DNA of 49,459 nt, filler included, from Basidiobolus ranarum (lineage: Eukaryota), in the NCBI GenBank assembly GCA_040143965.1. It is 2 parts of 2 records of this genome, joined end to end, with 100 filler letters (N's around TTAATTAATTAA, not from the genome) between each part and the next. Parts side by side here need not be neighbours in the genome. Positions count along the whole stretch, not along the records: positions 1 to 24,751 come from JASJQH010000148.1; 1 more part is not named here. One strand, written 5' to 3'. A model generated the notes under the pieces. That model was not told the origin of the DNA and made no database searches. It saw only the letters and a list, made by a program, of their open reading frames with translations. Within the stretch, counting starts at the first letter, position 1. Every line of letters begins with the position of its first letter. Positions 1 through 13,721 of the stretch are shown here, one piece after another. A program made the position numbers and the translations under genes.

Positions 1-243
1 TGATTTTCCCTTGAATACAGCTTTCACATTTAGTAATATCTGAGGGCTTAAGATCCATTCCAGTACATAGGCTATTTTTATATAATAGTTTCACACTATT
101 ATAGTTTAGATGACCCAAGCGCTGATGCCAAGTCATCAAGTTTCCAGAAGTAATTATTGCAAAGTTAGAAACATTCTCAGTTATTGGTGCAATATCTGAT
201 GTTGAATAAAGATTAATTATCTAACAAGTAAATTGAGGGAGAG

Positions 244-549
244 TGTTGAAATTAGCATTGCCTAAGCACTTATATACTCATATATAGTGTAGTATTTAGT
301 TATTATATTTCTCACCAAGATATTACCTATTGTTCTCAATCAGTATTTACTTGGAAGTTCTCAAATATATAGATTTTTCAAAGAAGTCCCAAACTTTACA
401 CACATCCTCCTGAGACCTTCCTTTAAACACTCTGCATATTAGTTTGCTTAAAACTTGACAAAACTACAAATGTCAGCTCAATAAGTGAAAACCACCAATT
501 ACTCTAATTCTCCAAACCACTTTCAACAGGCTTCCAAATTACTTTAACA
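244..549 (+). mobile_element. LTR (family A), 3' LTR of a decayed Ty1/copia element
   Basis: Starts TGTTGAAATTAGCATTGCC and ends ACTTTAACA (TG...CA); preceded by purine tract TTGAGGGAGAG (233-243); homologous copies at 24507, 31073 and 34230(-). Confidence 0.85.
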
Positions 550-1220
550 TTCAGAAGTAGTATTTGGGAGATGGATATATTGTGAGTTAGACATATGTTT
601 AACAATTGACCAGAGTATCTTACCATTTGGGTGAAAAAATAGAAGACAAATCATGAGCTTATGTTCAGAATATATGTGGGTATAAATTTGAAGAAATTTG
701 CACTCATTGTGTGATTGAATTAAAAATCATTTTTCCAATTACAATTAAAATAGCGGGGAATATACAGTTGGGGTTATAAGAATATAGGGGAGGGGAAATG
801 GTTTGAGGAATCTGAACAAGTTCGAATATTTTACTTTTACTTGACATTTCTGAAATAATAGCATTGGAATTTGGATGAATAAAAGATATCTTAAACACTA
901 GATACTTGGTTCAATATCTCAATAATTTATTACTAATGATTGAATGCACGCTTATATTTGAGTAATACTTAATCCAGATGGTATAGTAATACAATAAATG
1001 GGATTTGATTAAACCATTGACTAATGAACGTGTATGTGTACGTGATAAAAGCTTTAAGATGCCTTGTTCGAGTTAACTCTAAAATAGTTTAATAAATTCA
1101 TTAAATCCAGAAATTTTTTTTCTTCCAACTACAATAGATTTAATATTGAACAAAGGTCACAGTTCCTAATTCTCTCTAAAGTTCGATAAATATTTATCCT
1201 TAGTTTTTACGCCTCCTGAT

Positions 1221-4200
1221 ATGGATCTTGAGGCACTTAGAAAGGCTGCACTTCAAACAAGGCGTACAAAAAAACAAGACGTAGACACCCAACTTAAAGT
1301 TAACTTAAACGAAACGAAAGAAATCTCTGAACCTGATATCGATACTGGTCGAGAGGTTTCTAAGGAGCAAGAGATTGTTCAAATAAATGGTACAAGTCCC
1401 ATATTACCCGTTGAGGTTGCTCCCATAGTTCAAGAAGAGAAGGTTGTTGCAAACAGCCCTGAACAACCGAATAACCTGGAAATTTCAGTGGATGAATCTT
1501 TGACTGTTGGTTCAGAAGGTAATGAAGAAGTTTCACGCGTAGAAGAACAAGTTGAAATTACCCCTATTGACATAACTGAAAACACGGAGAGTGATAAAGA
1601 TAGAGAGGATGGAGAATTAGTAGAAGATCTGAATCCTCCTGTAATAGATGATATTGAAAAACCCACTGAAAACTCCAAACTTAAGAAAGAAACTGGAGAT
1701 GAATATGCCGCATTATTAGATGATTATCAACGTTGTTTAGAAAGACAATCTTCAAAAAAAAGCAAAGTAGATAAACGGAAACTCAAAGGTAAGAGAAAAG
1801 AGGAACAGCAAGGTCGTTTTGCCAAAGATTCCAGGTTGTACCCGGAGCTTGTAGGGCCTTTTAGAGGGACTTTTTTAAGGAACAATGGTAGACATCCTTA
1901 CTTCCCTATGAATCATTTTATGCATGGTGGTCTGAACCGTTTTCGTGGTCCCAATCGAATGCGGGAAGATCACGAACCATTCCGTCCGTCATTAGAAATG
2001 GGTTCGTATTTTCAACAAAACGTTGCACCTATGAAGTGCGAAAACTCACCAACTTCATCCCATAGCTTCTGGACCTTATCCCTTTAGAAGAAATTCAAAT
2101 GAATACCCCGTACGCGTAGATTTGCAACCAACATGGACTGGTAATCCTGTTTTTCGGAATGAATCGGACGCGACCAATAGGCCCATGAGCTTAAATGACC
2201 TAGCACCATTACTAGCTAATGCGCTAACTCAGCTACAGAACAATCAACATATGTTACCCCGCCCTAATACAAACACACAGCATTCAGTAGCACCTCCTGC
2301 AACAGACGATGCATCCAATACAAATCATCAATATCGTAATGAATATCACTTATCTGGTGAGCCTGATACTGCTTTCCTACTCGCAAAGCAGATCACTCAG
2401 GAGTTGGTGAATATTGGTTTATCAGCACAAAGCATAGTTAGTCATGGAGTGTCTCAAGAGTTAGTTGACGCATGTCTAGCTGAACCTAAACGTTCTGAAA
2501 ACGAAACCAGCATAGAAAAAAATCCTCCGGTTGCCACAGACACTCATACTTCGAACTTATCAAGTGATAATTTTGAGAATCAGCAAAACGATGGCGATGA
2601 TATGGAGTTGGATGACTCTGATGAGAGTGTGCGTAATCATATTTTAAGCAATACATGGGTCACAGTTCGGAATAAAGACGAAGAGAGATTTGGATCAGTA
2701 TCAGCTCGAGCAAGTAGTAATGAATCCCTAACTTTAGCTTCAAAGCGAGGATCAAAAGACCCGTACAGACCCGTACCTAGGTATTATAGAGAAAAGAGAA
2801 AAGTTTTTGTTCCTGATAGACCCATGAGGTACATCCTCGTTAGTGATTCTGAAGATGAAAATGAGCATCCCAGCTCTGAACCCAAGAGTGCAGGCGAAAA
2901 GCTTGATCAATCGGTTGTTCATGAACTAGCAGCTAAAGAAAGACAGATCACAGCTTTGAGAGAGTCTATCGCTAGAAAGGAAGCCGAAAAGCGCCTAAGC
3001 AAAGAGCCTATTTCTGCACCTTGCACTCCTCCGATTGTAAGTAAAGTGTATGTTTCATTTGAATTTAGATTGGGTTCTCACGTAGATTTGTGTCACGCTT
3101 AGACAACTGTCGATCAACCAGAACTGATAAAACAACCAGCTTCAACACTTTCACAGGTATTTTATAGACCACTTGGTACTCTCTCATTTCTTCACCCTTT
3201 GTACCGTCTAACGTATTTGAATCCATTCAAGAGCGATAAGAATGCTTTGACACCTGACTCTTCAAATGCAAACGATGAGCTGGTGAAAAAGATAGAATCC
3301 GAAGTGATCATAAGGCAAAACTACATGTCTTTGGTCGAATCCGAACTTGTCGAAGAGGTGAACGAGCTCGAGGAAGTTCAAGCACAGATCCAAGATTTTG
3401 ATAACAAGGTTTCTGAAAATGAAGAAGCAATTGCCCAATATACATCCGAGATTGCTGCGTTGCAAAGTAAAATAGAAGGGATACGAAAGCAAACAGAACT
3501 TGTCTCTCATAAAAAACTGGTCATAATCTCACGCGCTAGTAAGCTTCAGGAAAAAATTCAGTCTGGGCGTAATTCTGTTTCTGAGATTCAGAAACAAATA
3601 AGCAAAAATCAAAAGCGGCTAGCTAAATTGCGCAGAATTCCTACACCGACAAAGGGTAATAAACTGGCAAAATGACAACCTTAATTTACTTGTTCAAAAA
3701 TCGTTAACTTGCGTCAATCCTTTCGGTAAATTGTTAGCTCAAAGACACACCGAACATGTTGTGTCCAAAAACACTCCTTCCAATGACCTACCCGCTAAAC
3801 CACTAGCTCCCAATTCATCAGCGCTTGCCCCTAGTAGTTTCAATTTAGAGTCGGAATCTTGCGCCCCAGGTAAGACCATAGACAGACAACCAGAGAACAG
3901 TAATGCTTTGCTCTTGAAAGCTGAAATGAATCGCAGATTGAATCAGCAAATTCAAAGCATAGACCCACCAAGTAGTAAAAGTTACATGGATGTTGATCCT
4001 GTGAGTGCTGAGCAAACGGCAAATCAACCACTTGATAGATTGCAAGTTGTAGATCATACACAGTCGAATATCGATGAAAGCGATGGTCACAAGCAGGCTC
4101 AGAAAATACAAAAAACAAATAACAAACAACCACATCTTTCTAAAAGAAGCAGTATTAAGGAATCAAAGGTGATAGAGGCAATAGAGCCTCTTCGCAAATC

Positions 4201-7200
4201 AGTGCCATACAGCGAAAAGAGTCGGAAGTTAAGCGAGCTCGACAAGAAAGTGAAAGCTATTCACAAAGAGCAGCAAGCCTTGGCTGAGATTTTGACCAAG
4301 CATAAAGCTCGCTCTAAGGCTCCTCAATCTCTACGCTATGCAAAACTTCAGACATTTATGGAAACAGGGAAACTGACTGCGACTGGTAAAAATGATTTGC
4401 GGTTTTCAACTCTTCATTCTTTCCTCGAGGCTACAGTGTGGAATACGCAAAAAACCATTGAGCCACTTCACGTCTTGTCGGATTTTCTTCAGTCTGCAGA
4501 TTCAGTTGCTCTTCCCACCGATTTAACAACCCGATTTACCCAGGTGAAATTGAATGAAGTCGGAAATTCCCGTCGTATAATTCTCCGCGATAAACAGGTT
4601 ATTATTGAATTCTGTCAATTAAAATGTTGCTGATGTTTTACTTATCTTCTGTTCCAGGCTGAACCCGATACTCGTCTTTCACTTTACACAACATACCGCT
4701 CTCCATTAAGAGCCTTTAAAGCATCTCTGCTCTCGCCTCGGCTAAGCAACCATGTATCTAGCAAATCAAGAAATTCGCCATTTTGCTATCAAATAGATCC
4801 ATTCCAAAAGATCTGCATGTACGAAGTAGCTGGTGGAGAATGCAATGATGATACTTGCACTTCCCAGCACTTCCGTGATGTTCAACTTACAGGTATTGCT
4901 TGGTCAAATGCATACTTATTCACTCATTTTCTCACCAAACTCTGCATTTTAAAACATTAACAGATGACGACTATCTAGTATCTCTTATTTCAGATGATGT
5001 GACCAATGAGCCGGGGGCCTACTCAAAATACCTCGGAGAGCTTCATTCCAAGTTGTCAGAATTAAAAGATATCCAGAAATTGGATGTCCATCTTTTGGAG
5101 GAGATAATCGTCCAAACTAAGTTGAGTTATCTCAACGGGAAGGAAAGCTCTTTTGGTCCTGTGTCTTCATCGTTGAGTAGCAATGCATTGGCTGAAGCTC
5201 ATCAGAGCGGTGCTGCTCAGCACAAGAATATTAAATACTCCTCCATTGATTTTACGGAGCGAGATTTAGCCCAAATTGCCAAGCCTTTTACCGTTGAATG
5301 GATCTACAAAAACTATGGAGAACAAGCTAGCGAAACCTCTTTTCCCAATCTTGAACTCAACCAAGGCGAGGCACAACTTGAAGACCTCCATGACCATTCG
5401 TTGCTCAAAAGTGAACAATCTTGGGTTGAGTATGCAGTATCGTTATTGCCAGATTTATCTAAAGTTAAAGCTAGCGATCCGGTGTGCAATGTGGACAAGT
5501 CTCTGCAAATCCTCTCCCTAGCTTTGGAAAGGTATAGCTCTTCAGAATTCCTCTGGAATTTTTACTTTGAGCTGTATATCTATATACGGGGCGATGGTCT
5601 AGACGAAATCCGCAAGATGTTTGAGACTGCTATCAAGCTCAACATGCGTAGTGCGTTAATATGGTGGAGGTTAGTGATTTGATATACGACTCGGATGAAG
5701 AATCACCACAACTCATCTTGTTCTTAGGTATTATCAGTGGGAGCCGGAAGCGGAAAAAAGATTAACAGTTTTGAAAAGAATGCTATCTAGATTCATGTTA
5801 GACAAGAACTCCTTCCTTGGTGAGTATTGAGCAGAGATATATCTATAGCTTATGGATTTACTTACAACCCAATCCTTTTTCCCAAAGATCAGGAGCAGCT
5901 CTCGAAACTTATTCTTGATATTGTGATTCAGATAGCTCAAACTCTCATTTATATGGAAGGAGCTAGCGCTGCTTTAAAGTTTTTCTCTCGCTATCTAAAA
6001 TTGTCAGAGATCGCCGATTTAGAAGACCTCCTCTTCGGAAATCCCACTTCAGAGGAGCACTCGACTGTAGATATGATAATCAATGATACCTTGGTTTTTC
6101 AGAAAATGATGATTCCAGATATAACTATCGCTTGGTTGGTTTATCTTCATCTGTTTTGGTTTGAATCCCTGCCCTCTTTATTCTATGATTACCCGTATGA
6201 ATATATATCTAAGCCGCAACTCTTCGTTCTCCGTTGGAACGAAAACCCCAAACCTGAAGCCATAGTTATTGAAGAAACAAAGCTAATTTTGAAAAACTTG
6301 ATTCAATCTCGGATATCGCTACACCGATACTCTTTGGTTGCATTATGTAGGAATTATGCAGCTTTAATAAATTTGCCTTCCCAGGATACAGTTGGAACCT
6401 TTGATGAGATCCTGGAACAAACGCTCCAGAATCACAGCCATCCGGAGCTTTGGGACATAAAAGCGGATTTCTTAATGGTAACGTATTTTCTGGCTCTATG
6501 ATTGTGTTTACTGGCTCTTACTCTTTAGCATGAACGATAGGATGGTCAAGACTTCAAAGCGGCGGAGAAAGTATTGACACAGGCTATCAACGAATGTCAG
6601 AGCTTTGCTCTTTGTAATCGTTATGTAAGATTAAAATTACTGCAAAACGACAAAGACGGGCTTTTAGAGACTTTGAGTAGATCTTTGGAGTTGTGTTACG
6701 GTGATTTCAATAGTTCGAGCTCGGAAGACTTGTTAGGAATGTACAGATCTCTATTGGATATTTCCTTTAGTACGCCTAGCATACTTCCGAAGTCAACTGT
6801 GTCAATTCCACTAGTTTCTCAGAACTTTCATTTATGGGCAAATTTCTTGATTCTGTCTTACGCCCTGGATACCACAGAATCTTACGTTCGGAATTTGGAA
6901 TATACGCTAACCAAGCTTCAGGACATCGATGAGCGATCACTTTTTGCCAACGAGTAAATCACATTACGCTATATGTAGATATCAAGCTAAGAGCTAACCG
7001 TCGGTCATTTACATAGATTTATCCGCTATAACTTAGGCGTTAGATTTTCGGACTCTCATAGATCATTACCAATATCTACATTTGTCAATACTCTTAATCA
7101 AACTTTAAAGCACTTATTGGTCTCTGAATCAGTTCCGTACATTAGCCATTCTGAACCTAGTACAAGCTTACTGAAGATACGCCCCTTGAAGGTCTGGACT

Positions 7201-7758
7201 TTATTCCGAGTTTAATTCTTTGAGATTGTGTGCAAAAGAGAATAACTGGAATTGCCTTTATATGTTAATAGGACTCTACTTACGTTATTTCCATGGCGGA
7301 CATTTTGGATAAATATCTTTCACTTGATACTCGGGAACTCTGCTTGAATTCAATACTTCGGACGTTTGATGGTAGCATTGACCTACGAATTTCGTAAGTG
7401 GCCATGGCCTTCAGGTTCATTTTACTGCTGCTGCTAACCTAGTATTGTTAACATCCAAGAGCGGCAAAAGTCCACTTCCTCCTTGATCATGTTGAGAGTG
7501 GAAAGACTCAGATTTTGCATTGTTTGTCAATGAACCCCAGGAACCAGAAACTGTGGATGATGTAGGATTCCATTTATTTTTGTGTTTATTGATTGTGTGC
7601 CATCACCTCGCTTTGTCTAATGTTATCCTAGCTTACTTGAATATGAGTTGCTCTGCTGTGAAAAGAAATTCGAAGATGTACACTGGATTCCGATAGCCAA
7701 CAAGCGCATGGGTTTCTCCAGTTTTCTGGAACAGAGATCTCTTCGTGGCACTAGATAG
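1221..7758 (+). CDS. ZFC3H1/Red1-like zinc-finger C3H1 protein (nuclear exosome adaptor), multi-exon (~12 introns)
   Basis: ORFs 1221, 2122, 3199, 3731, 4900, 5827 and 6574 join through short GT-AG introns (e.g. 2036-2087). zf-C3H1 motif IDPFQKICMYEVAGGECNDDTCTSQHFRD at ~4793-4880; EDGEL motif at 1605-1619; coiled coil at ~3260-3630; helical repeat-like C-terminal half; stop TAG at 7756-7758. Confidence 0.75.
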
Positions 7759-8249
7759 GGTTAGATACACACATATATATATATATATCATATAGTCAAT
7801 CTACCCATACTGACTTGTCTATCTACTTCAGTGAATCTTCCTAGATGCCTCTGAATAATGGTTGGTTGATTTTATTATTTTCTATTGTATTCATTTTTTC
7901 ACTCGGTGGCTCAGAAGTTCAGTAAGATACACCTATATATATACCTGCCACGCCTTTTCGACCACCTTTTAGAATTGCTTTGCTTATTTTCTCGGCATTT
8001 TGTTACTTGCATATTTGGTGGACATAGCAAAGTGACTTGAAATAAAAAAAAATTCTTCTGAAATATCCACATTTTTATTTATGTTTATTGAGCAGAGTTA
8101 TTGTCTACAATGAATAAAATCCATGTAAATATGGAAAAGATAGTTTGGAATACCAAACGGATTTATCTTGAGTTGCTTTCCTTTTTCATAGTTACGCAAA
8201 TTGAGCAACGACTATTTCGTGAGTGCTTAATTCGATTAATTGTGGTTTC

Positions 8250-9882
8250 ATGGCTCTTGATAACAAAAAACCTCCACTGTGTGTGTATAATGACGTGACG
8301 AAAGAAAATCTACTTGACTCTCAAAATAGGATCAAGGACTGTTTCGAGCATGCCAGTTTCATCTCTCTCGATACCGAATTCACTGGTTTAGGTCGCGGTT
8401 CTTCTCAGAACGTTCGAGCTTCGTAAGTTCAACCTCACCAATTTAGCCTTCGTATTGTGTTTGACATATTTTTCCATAGAAATATACAGGAAAGGTATGC
8501 TGCCCTTAGAGAAGTAGTCACGAATCACGCCATGGTAGCGTTTGGATTGTCGGTTTTCAAAGAGATAGATGTCACGAAACATTCACCTAACCCTAATCCG
8601 TTGGAAAAATCTTACACAGTAGACAACTTTAACTTTACTTTACTATGCCAAGTAAATAGACCGAAAATATTCTTTATATGATAATACACTCTATTAACTT
8701 TGAATGTTTACACTTTGTATAGAACGACTATACTGTAAACCCAAGAAGTTTATCTTTTCTGGCGGAAAGTGGTTTCGACTTTAACAAACAAGCGCTTAGT
8801 GGAATACCTTACTTTCCAGGGGATGTTCAAGTACAGCATATTTATCCATCACTTGGTATTGAACTTTTATTGATGCTTATTGACTCAACTAGGAGACATC
8901 CAAGTCGAATAAATTTGACGCGACTATGAGACACATATTTCGGCATTTACTGGCTTCCAAAGCACCTGTTGTTCTTCATAATGGACTGCTTGATATAATG
9001 TTCCTATATCATGGATTTTATGCTAGTCTTCCAAAGAAGTTGGACACGTTTCTGGCTGATCTGTCGGATATGTTTCCTCTTGGCATATATGATACGAAAT
9101 ACATCGCCGATTATTTAACTCGAGAGAAAGCATCGTTTCTTTCGTATTTATACAAGAAATAGTAAGTTTATTTCAGTAGAGATATTCATGCATACTTCCT
9201 CTTAATTGATTATTGATTAGTGAAAGGGAACAATTGAAACGGAAGCAAAACTCTAGAAAACATTACCTCACCATTTCTCTTAACGGCACTATCGTTGAAA
9301 ATCCTTCTACTAAAACTCCAGTTCAACCCAACAATTTGCCTGTCAAACCCTGTCCACAATTTACCGTAAGAGCGTGTCGATTTGTCGTGATTAGTTCATC
9401 ATTTACTCACTGAATCTTTCGTAGAATCATGGATATTGTCCTAAGGGACTTCAGTGTCCGTTATCACATGACTTGGATGTTATATTAGATGCAGAGATGA
9501 GTCGACGAAAGCGTAAACGTAAAGATGGACACTTGGACGAAGGTATTTTTTCTATGCAATTATTCTTTGAGGGGAATGCTGTTGACTAAGCTACTTTTCA
9601 CTAGTAGATACAGTCATAGAGCCAAGCGTAATCCTTGCCACCGTTTCTGAAGATGCATGTGATAAGGTTTCTCCAGCTACACCTGGTCAATTTCATGCAG
9701 CTCATTTCGATGCTTACATGACTGGTTTCGTTTTCGCACGACAAATTCTCACCTATGACCAAGATACACTACAAAAAGAGCATATCAATAGAATTTATTT
9801 GATAGGGAAAAGCTTTCCTTTAATCATTTTGAAGAGTGCCTTTGCAAGCTATTCCGAATTTCATGATACTCTACGTCAATAG
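8250..9882 (+). CDS. TOE1: TOE1-like CAF1-family DEDD 3'-5' exoribonuclease with CCCH zinc finger (6 introns)
   Basis: Motifs SLDTEFTGL, HNGLLDIMFLY, YDTKY, spliced CPQFT|NHGYCPKGLQCPLSHDLD, basic RRKRKRK and HAAHFDAYMTG. Start ATG 8250 is inferred. Confidence 0.8.
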
Positions 9883-10038
9883 TTCATAGAATAAATATTC
9901 TTCACCAAATCAGTGTAAATCTAGACTTTGAAAAAATTCTTTTCCTAAATTGGAATTTATGTAGTGAATATTCATACACTTGAAACGATTTCAAAAAATT
10001 GATTATTTTCAATTCTAACGATACTGTTGGTTAAAGAA

Positions 10039-13009
10039 ATGTTCAGTCACTTGAGGCATGGTGTTAATTCCTTGAGGATAAACACTCTTCTTCGAAATTC
10101 TGTCCAACATCGCGCAAATGTTACAAGGATTTCCCTATTACGTACTTATTCGTCTCTTACTCAGTCCGGAAAAAATGGGTTAGAAATGGGTCAAGGTGAA
10201 AAGTCTAATCACCCATTTCAATATGGTATTTTATGAGGGTTTCTATTTCGAATGATAAAGAGTAAAGTGAATATGACCTTTTTTCTCTTTAATTTCTAGT
10301 TGACCACCCTAGGAGAACCCACATGTGTGGAGACTTGGGAACTCACAATGAAGGAGATACTATAACTCTATGTGGTTGGGCACAAAATATTCGGTACGCT
10401 ATTGTTTGTAGAGCATACTTGTAATTATCTTATAGACTTAATATTGTCTCCTCAATTTTGAAGCAAGTTTTCGGATACTCTGGTATTTCTACCTATACGT
10501 GATATGTCTGGAACAGCTCAATTAGTTCTACGCGCCTCTACTCAAGAAGTAAACCCTCAACTCCAAGAAAAATTGACGGGTTTATCTTCGGAAAGTATTA
10601 TATGTGCTACAGGAGTAGTTAGAAAAAGACCTCTGGAAACTATCAACAAAGTATACATTTTATCTCCACTGAAATCCCTTTCATTTCTAACCTCTCCTTT
10701 CAATCTAACCTCTCTTCAATCCCAAATAGAAACTTAAAACGGGAGAAATAGAAGTGGAACTCATAGATATACAAATTCTTAATAAAGCAGACAATCTACC
10801 GTTCCTTCCATCGAACTCTAAACTCGTAAGCATTACGTTCTTTGGTGATTCCAAGAGAATTCATATTAAAGAATTTACTTTAGCCATCAGAGGAAGTTCG
10901 TTTGAAATACCGATATTTGGATCTCCGACGGGAAGCTTTACTTACCAACATTCAAAAAAGATCACAGGTCACTTGGTTAACTAGGGATTATCTTAATCAT
11001 CAAGGTTTGATATGATTATGTCTATGTAACGCTTGTCTAGTGGAGAGAATGACATCAACTTTAATTAGGATTTTTGGAAATCGAGACACCGATACTTTTC
11101 AAATCTACCCCTGAAGGTGCAAGGGAATTCTTGGTACCTACTCGAAACAAAGATATGTTCTACGCATTACCACAAAGTCCACAACAGGTGATTCCTTAGA
11201 AATGGCATCCCCCAGTCTCTTGGTATATTAACCCATGAAAAGTACAAACAATTATTGATAGCTAGCGGCGTTGACAAATATTTCCAGATCGCCCGTTGCT
11301 TTAGAGATGAAGATCTCAGAGCAGACAGACAGCCAGAATTTACTCAGGTACATTGAATAGGTGAATGAATGCAAATACCAAGGTACTTACCATCTAGTTG
11401 TAGATTGATATTGAGATGGCTTTCGTACAACCTCAGGATATCAAGAATCTAATCGAAGGTTTAGTTTGCACACTGTGGAATCACGTCGATGGTGTGGACT
11501 TGAAAGCCAAGCCAAATGCATTTCCACGCATCTCCTACTACGAAGCCATGTCTAAGGTGAATATTTATCTGCACTTGCACTGGTATTTGTACCACAAACT
11601 CAATCTTTATTTGACAGTATGGCTCTGATAAACCCGATACCAGATTTGCTATGGAGGTGAGTGGCTTAATATTCAGAATAACTGCTTAGACCTCTCTATT
11701 AATGCTTTTATTCACCTAAGATCAACGATGTGACTTCAAAGTTCGAAGATCACTTTAACAAGGAACACACCTTGATAGAGGCGATGGTTGTAAAGAACGG
11801 AACATCCTTGTTCAGCAGCAAAGAGGGCAAAGAAATCGAAAAGATGATGAAAACCTCAGATAATGTAACCCCCTTTCATTTTATTGTTGAAAAGTATATC
11901 TTAGTGACCAGTGAATTATAGGTGTGTAGCTTCGTTAGGATCGATAAAGACAATACTGAAAACTGGCTTGGTAAATCTTTCTTGAAGTCGGTTGTTTCAG
12001 AACAATCAGATCTTCAATTGCAGTTGCTGAATGAACTCCAAGCCTCGCCTAATGATGCGGTTATTCTGTGCAAACGCAAACGTGAATACACGGTAAGTTC
12101 TTCGCTTGCTTCAGGAAGTCAAATTTCTAATGCATGGTTTAGGGAGGTTCTACAGCCATGGGCAAGATACGTCTTCATTGTTCGAAACATCTACAAGACA
12201 AAGGTAGTTACAACACTTGACTGCTGTTTTTACACCCAACCTGAATCTAACCCTTTGTCAGGTGAATTGTGCATCGATCCCAATCAATATAACTTCTTGT
12301 GGGTTGAAGGGTTCCCACTGTTCACACCAACCAAGATCCCCGAAACTGGAGAAATTAAATATGAACCTACCCATCACCCATTTACTGCACCAGTTCCAGA
12401 AGATTTGAAATTTATCCAGGATCGTCCCGACTTGGTCAGTGTTATTGTTATTTGGGTTACGCGATGGAAGAGCGATGGAAGAGCGATGGAAAAGCTAAAT
12501 TCAATTCTTCAACTCTAAATTGATAGGTGAGAGGACAGCATTATGATCTTGTACTCAATGGAATGGAGATCGGTGGTGGATCCATTCGAGTCCATAACCC
12601 ACAACTTCAACAATACCTATTCGAAAATGTGTTCATGGTAAGCTTCAAGTTGGTTTGTTTGGTTTATCTCGAACTAACCTATCTTCGTACACTAGATGAA
12701 ATCCCATGAATCAGCTAGATTCAATCATCTTATCGAAGCACTGGGCTCGGGATGTCCTCCACATGGAGGCATTGCTCTAGGTTAGTGATTCCTTAACTGC
12801 TTTTATGGACATCAATAATTGACTTTTGCTTAGGACTGGATCGTCTTGTATCTATTCTTTGTAAAGCCCCTTCTATTAGGGACGTCATTGCCTTCCCTAA
12901 AACTTCCTCAGGAGCTGACTTACTAGCCGGAAGTCCTAGTGCTGTACCTGAGGCAACCCTGAAAGAGTATAGAATCATGGTTGACCCCGGCAACACGGGC
13001 AACAAATAG
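10039..13009 (+). CDS. MSD1: Mitochondrial aspartyl-tRNA synthetase (bacterial-type AspRS), ~15 introns
   Basis: Arg/Ser-rich presequence; [111 protein letters not shown]. Confidence 0.95.
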
Positions 13010-13150
13010 CATCAACATCCATAGCATTTATCCATAACATTGATTCTAATCTCGATTGAATAAATGATTGTGCATATATATAGGGAATGCAGTCTATATA
13101 TACATGTAGTGTGTGTACATACGAATGATTTTATTGTATATAACTCCAAA

Positions 13151-13721
13151 TTAGAAAACAAGAGCAGCTCCCTATATCAATTAAACATGCCATTAGATTG
13201 TGATAACATAAATCCACAAATACTCCATCCGAATTTACCTTGGTTTTCTTATCACCACCAAGTTCAAAGTGCTTACAACGCTTCAAAGAGAGTTGCATCT
13301 TGTACTTGCAAACAGTACATTCTAAACGAAGTACAACCTTTTTGGTAGTCTTGGCTTTCTTGTGGAAGACTGGCCTGGTTTGACCACCATAACCGGATTG
13401 TTTACGATCGTAACGACGTTTACCTACGTGGATTATGGTAAGAATGTGGGAATCTCTTTAGTGATATGCATAGAAGCGTAATTCAACCTTGAGCGAAGAG
13501 AGAAGCTTTGCCAGTCTTATATTGGGTGACCTTGTGTGGTGTATGCTTCTTGCAGGCTTTACCCTTGCAATAGGTATTTCTAGTCTTAGGAATGTTAACC
13601 TAAGTGAAGTATTGTTAGCATGTCTTGTGTTACTAATTCTTTAAACTATATATTGGTCGTAATGCTTTTGGTTGATGGATGGGTGAAAAAACGTTAGATG
13701 AGCTGATATGTAACATACCAT
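13151..13721 (-). CDS. RPL42: 60S ribosomal protein eL42 (L44/L36a), 3 introns
   Basis: Exons 13721-13719 (ATG only), 13599-13488, 13423-13239 and 13171-13151 give [74 protein letters not shown]...[19 protein letters not shown]. Missed by the ORF track. Confidence 0.97.

Noticed and set aside
12470-12496. 11-nt tandem repeat GCGATGGAAGA in an AspRS intron
   Set aside because: Simple slippage repeat with no evident function.
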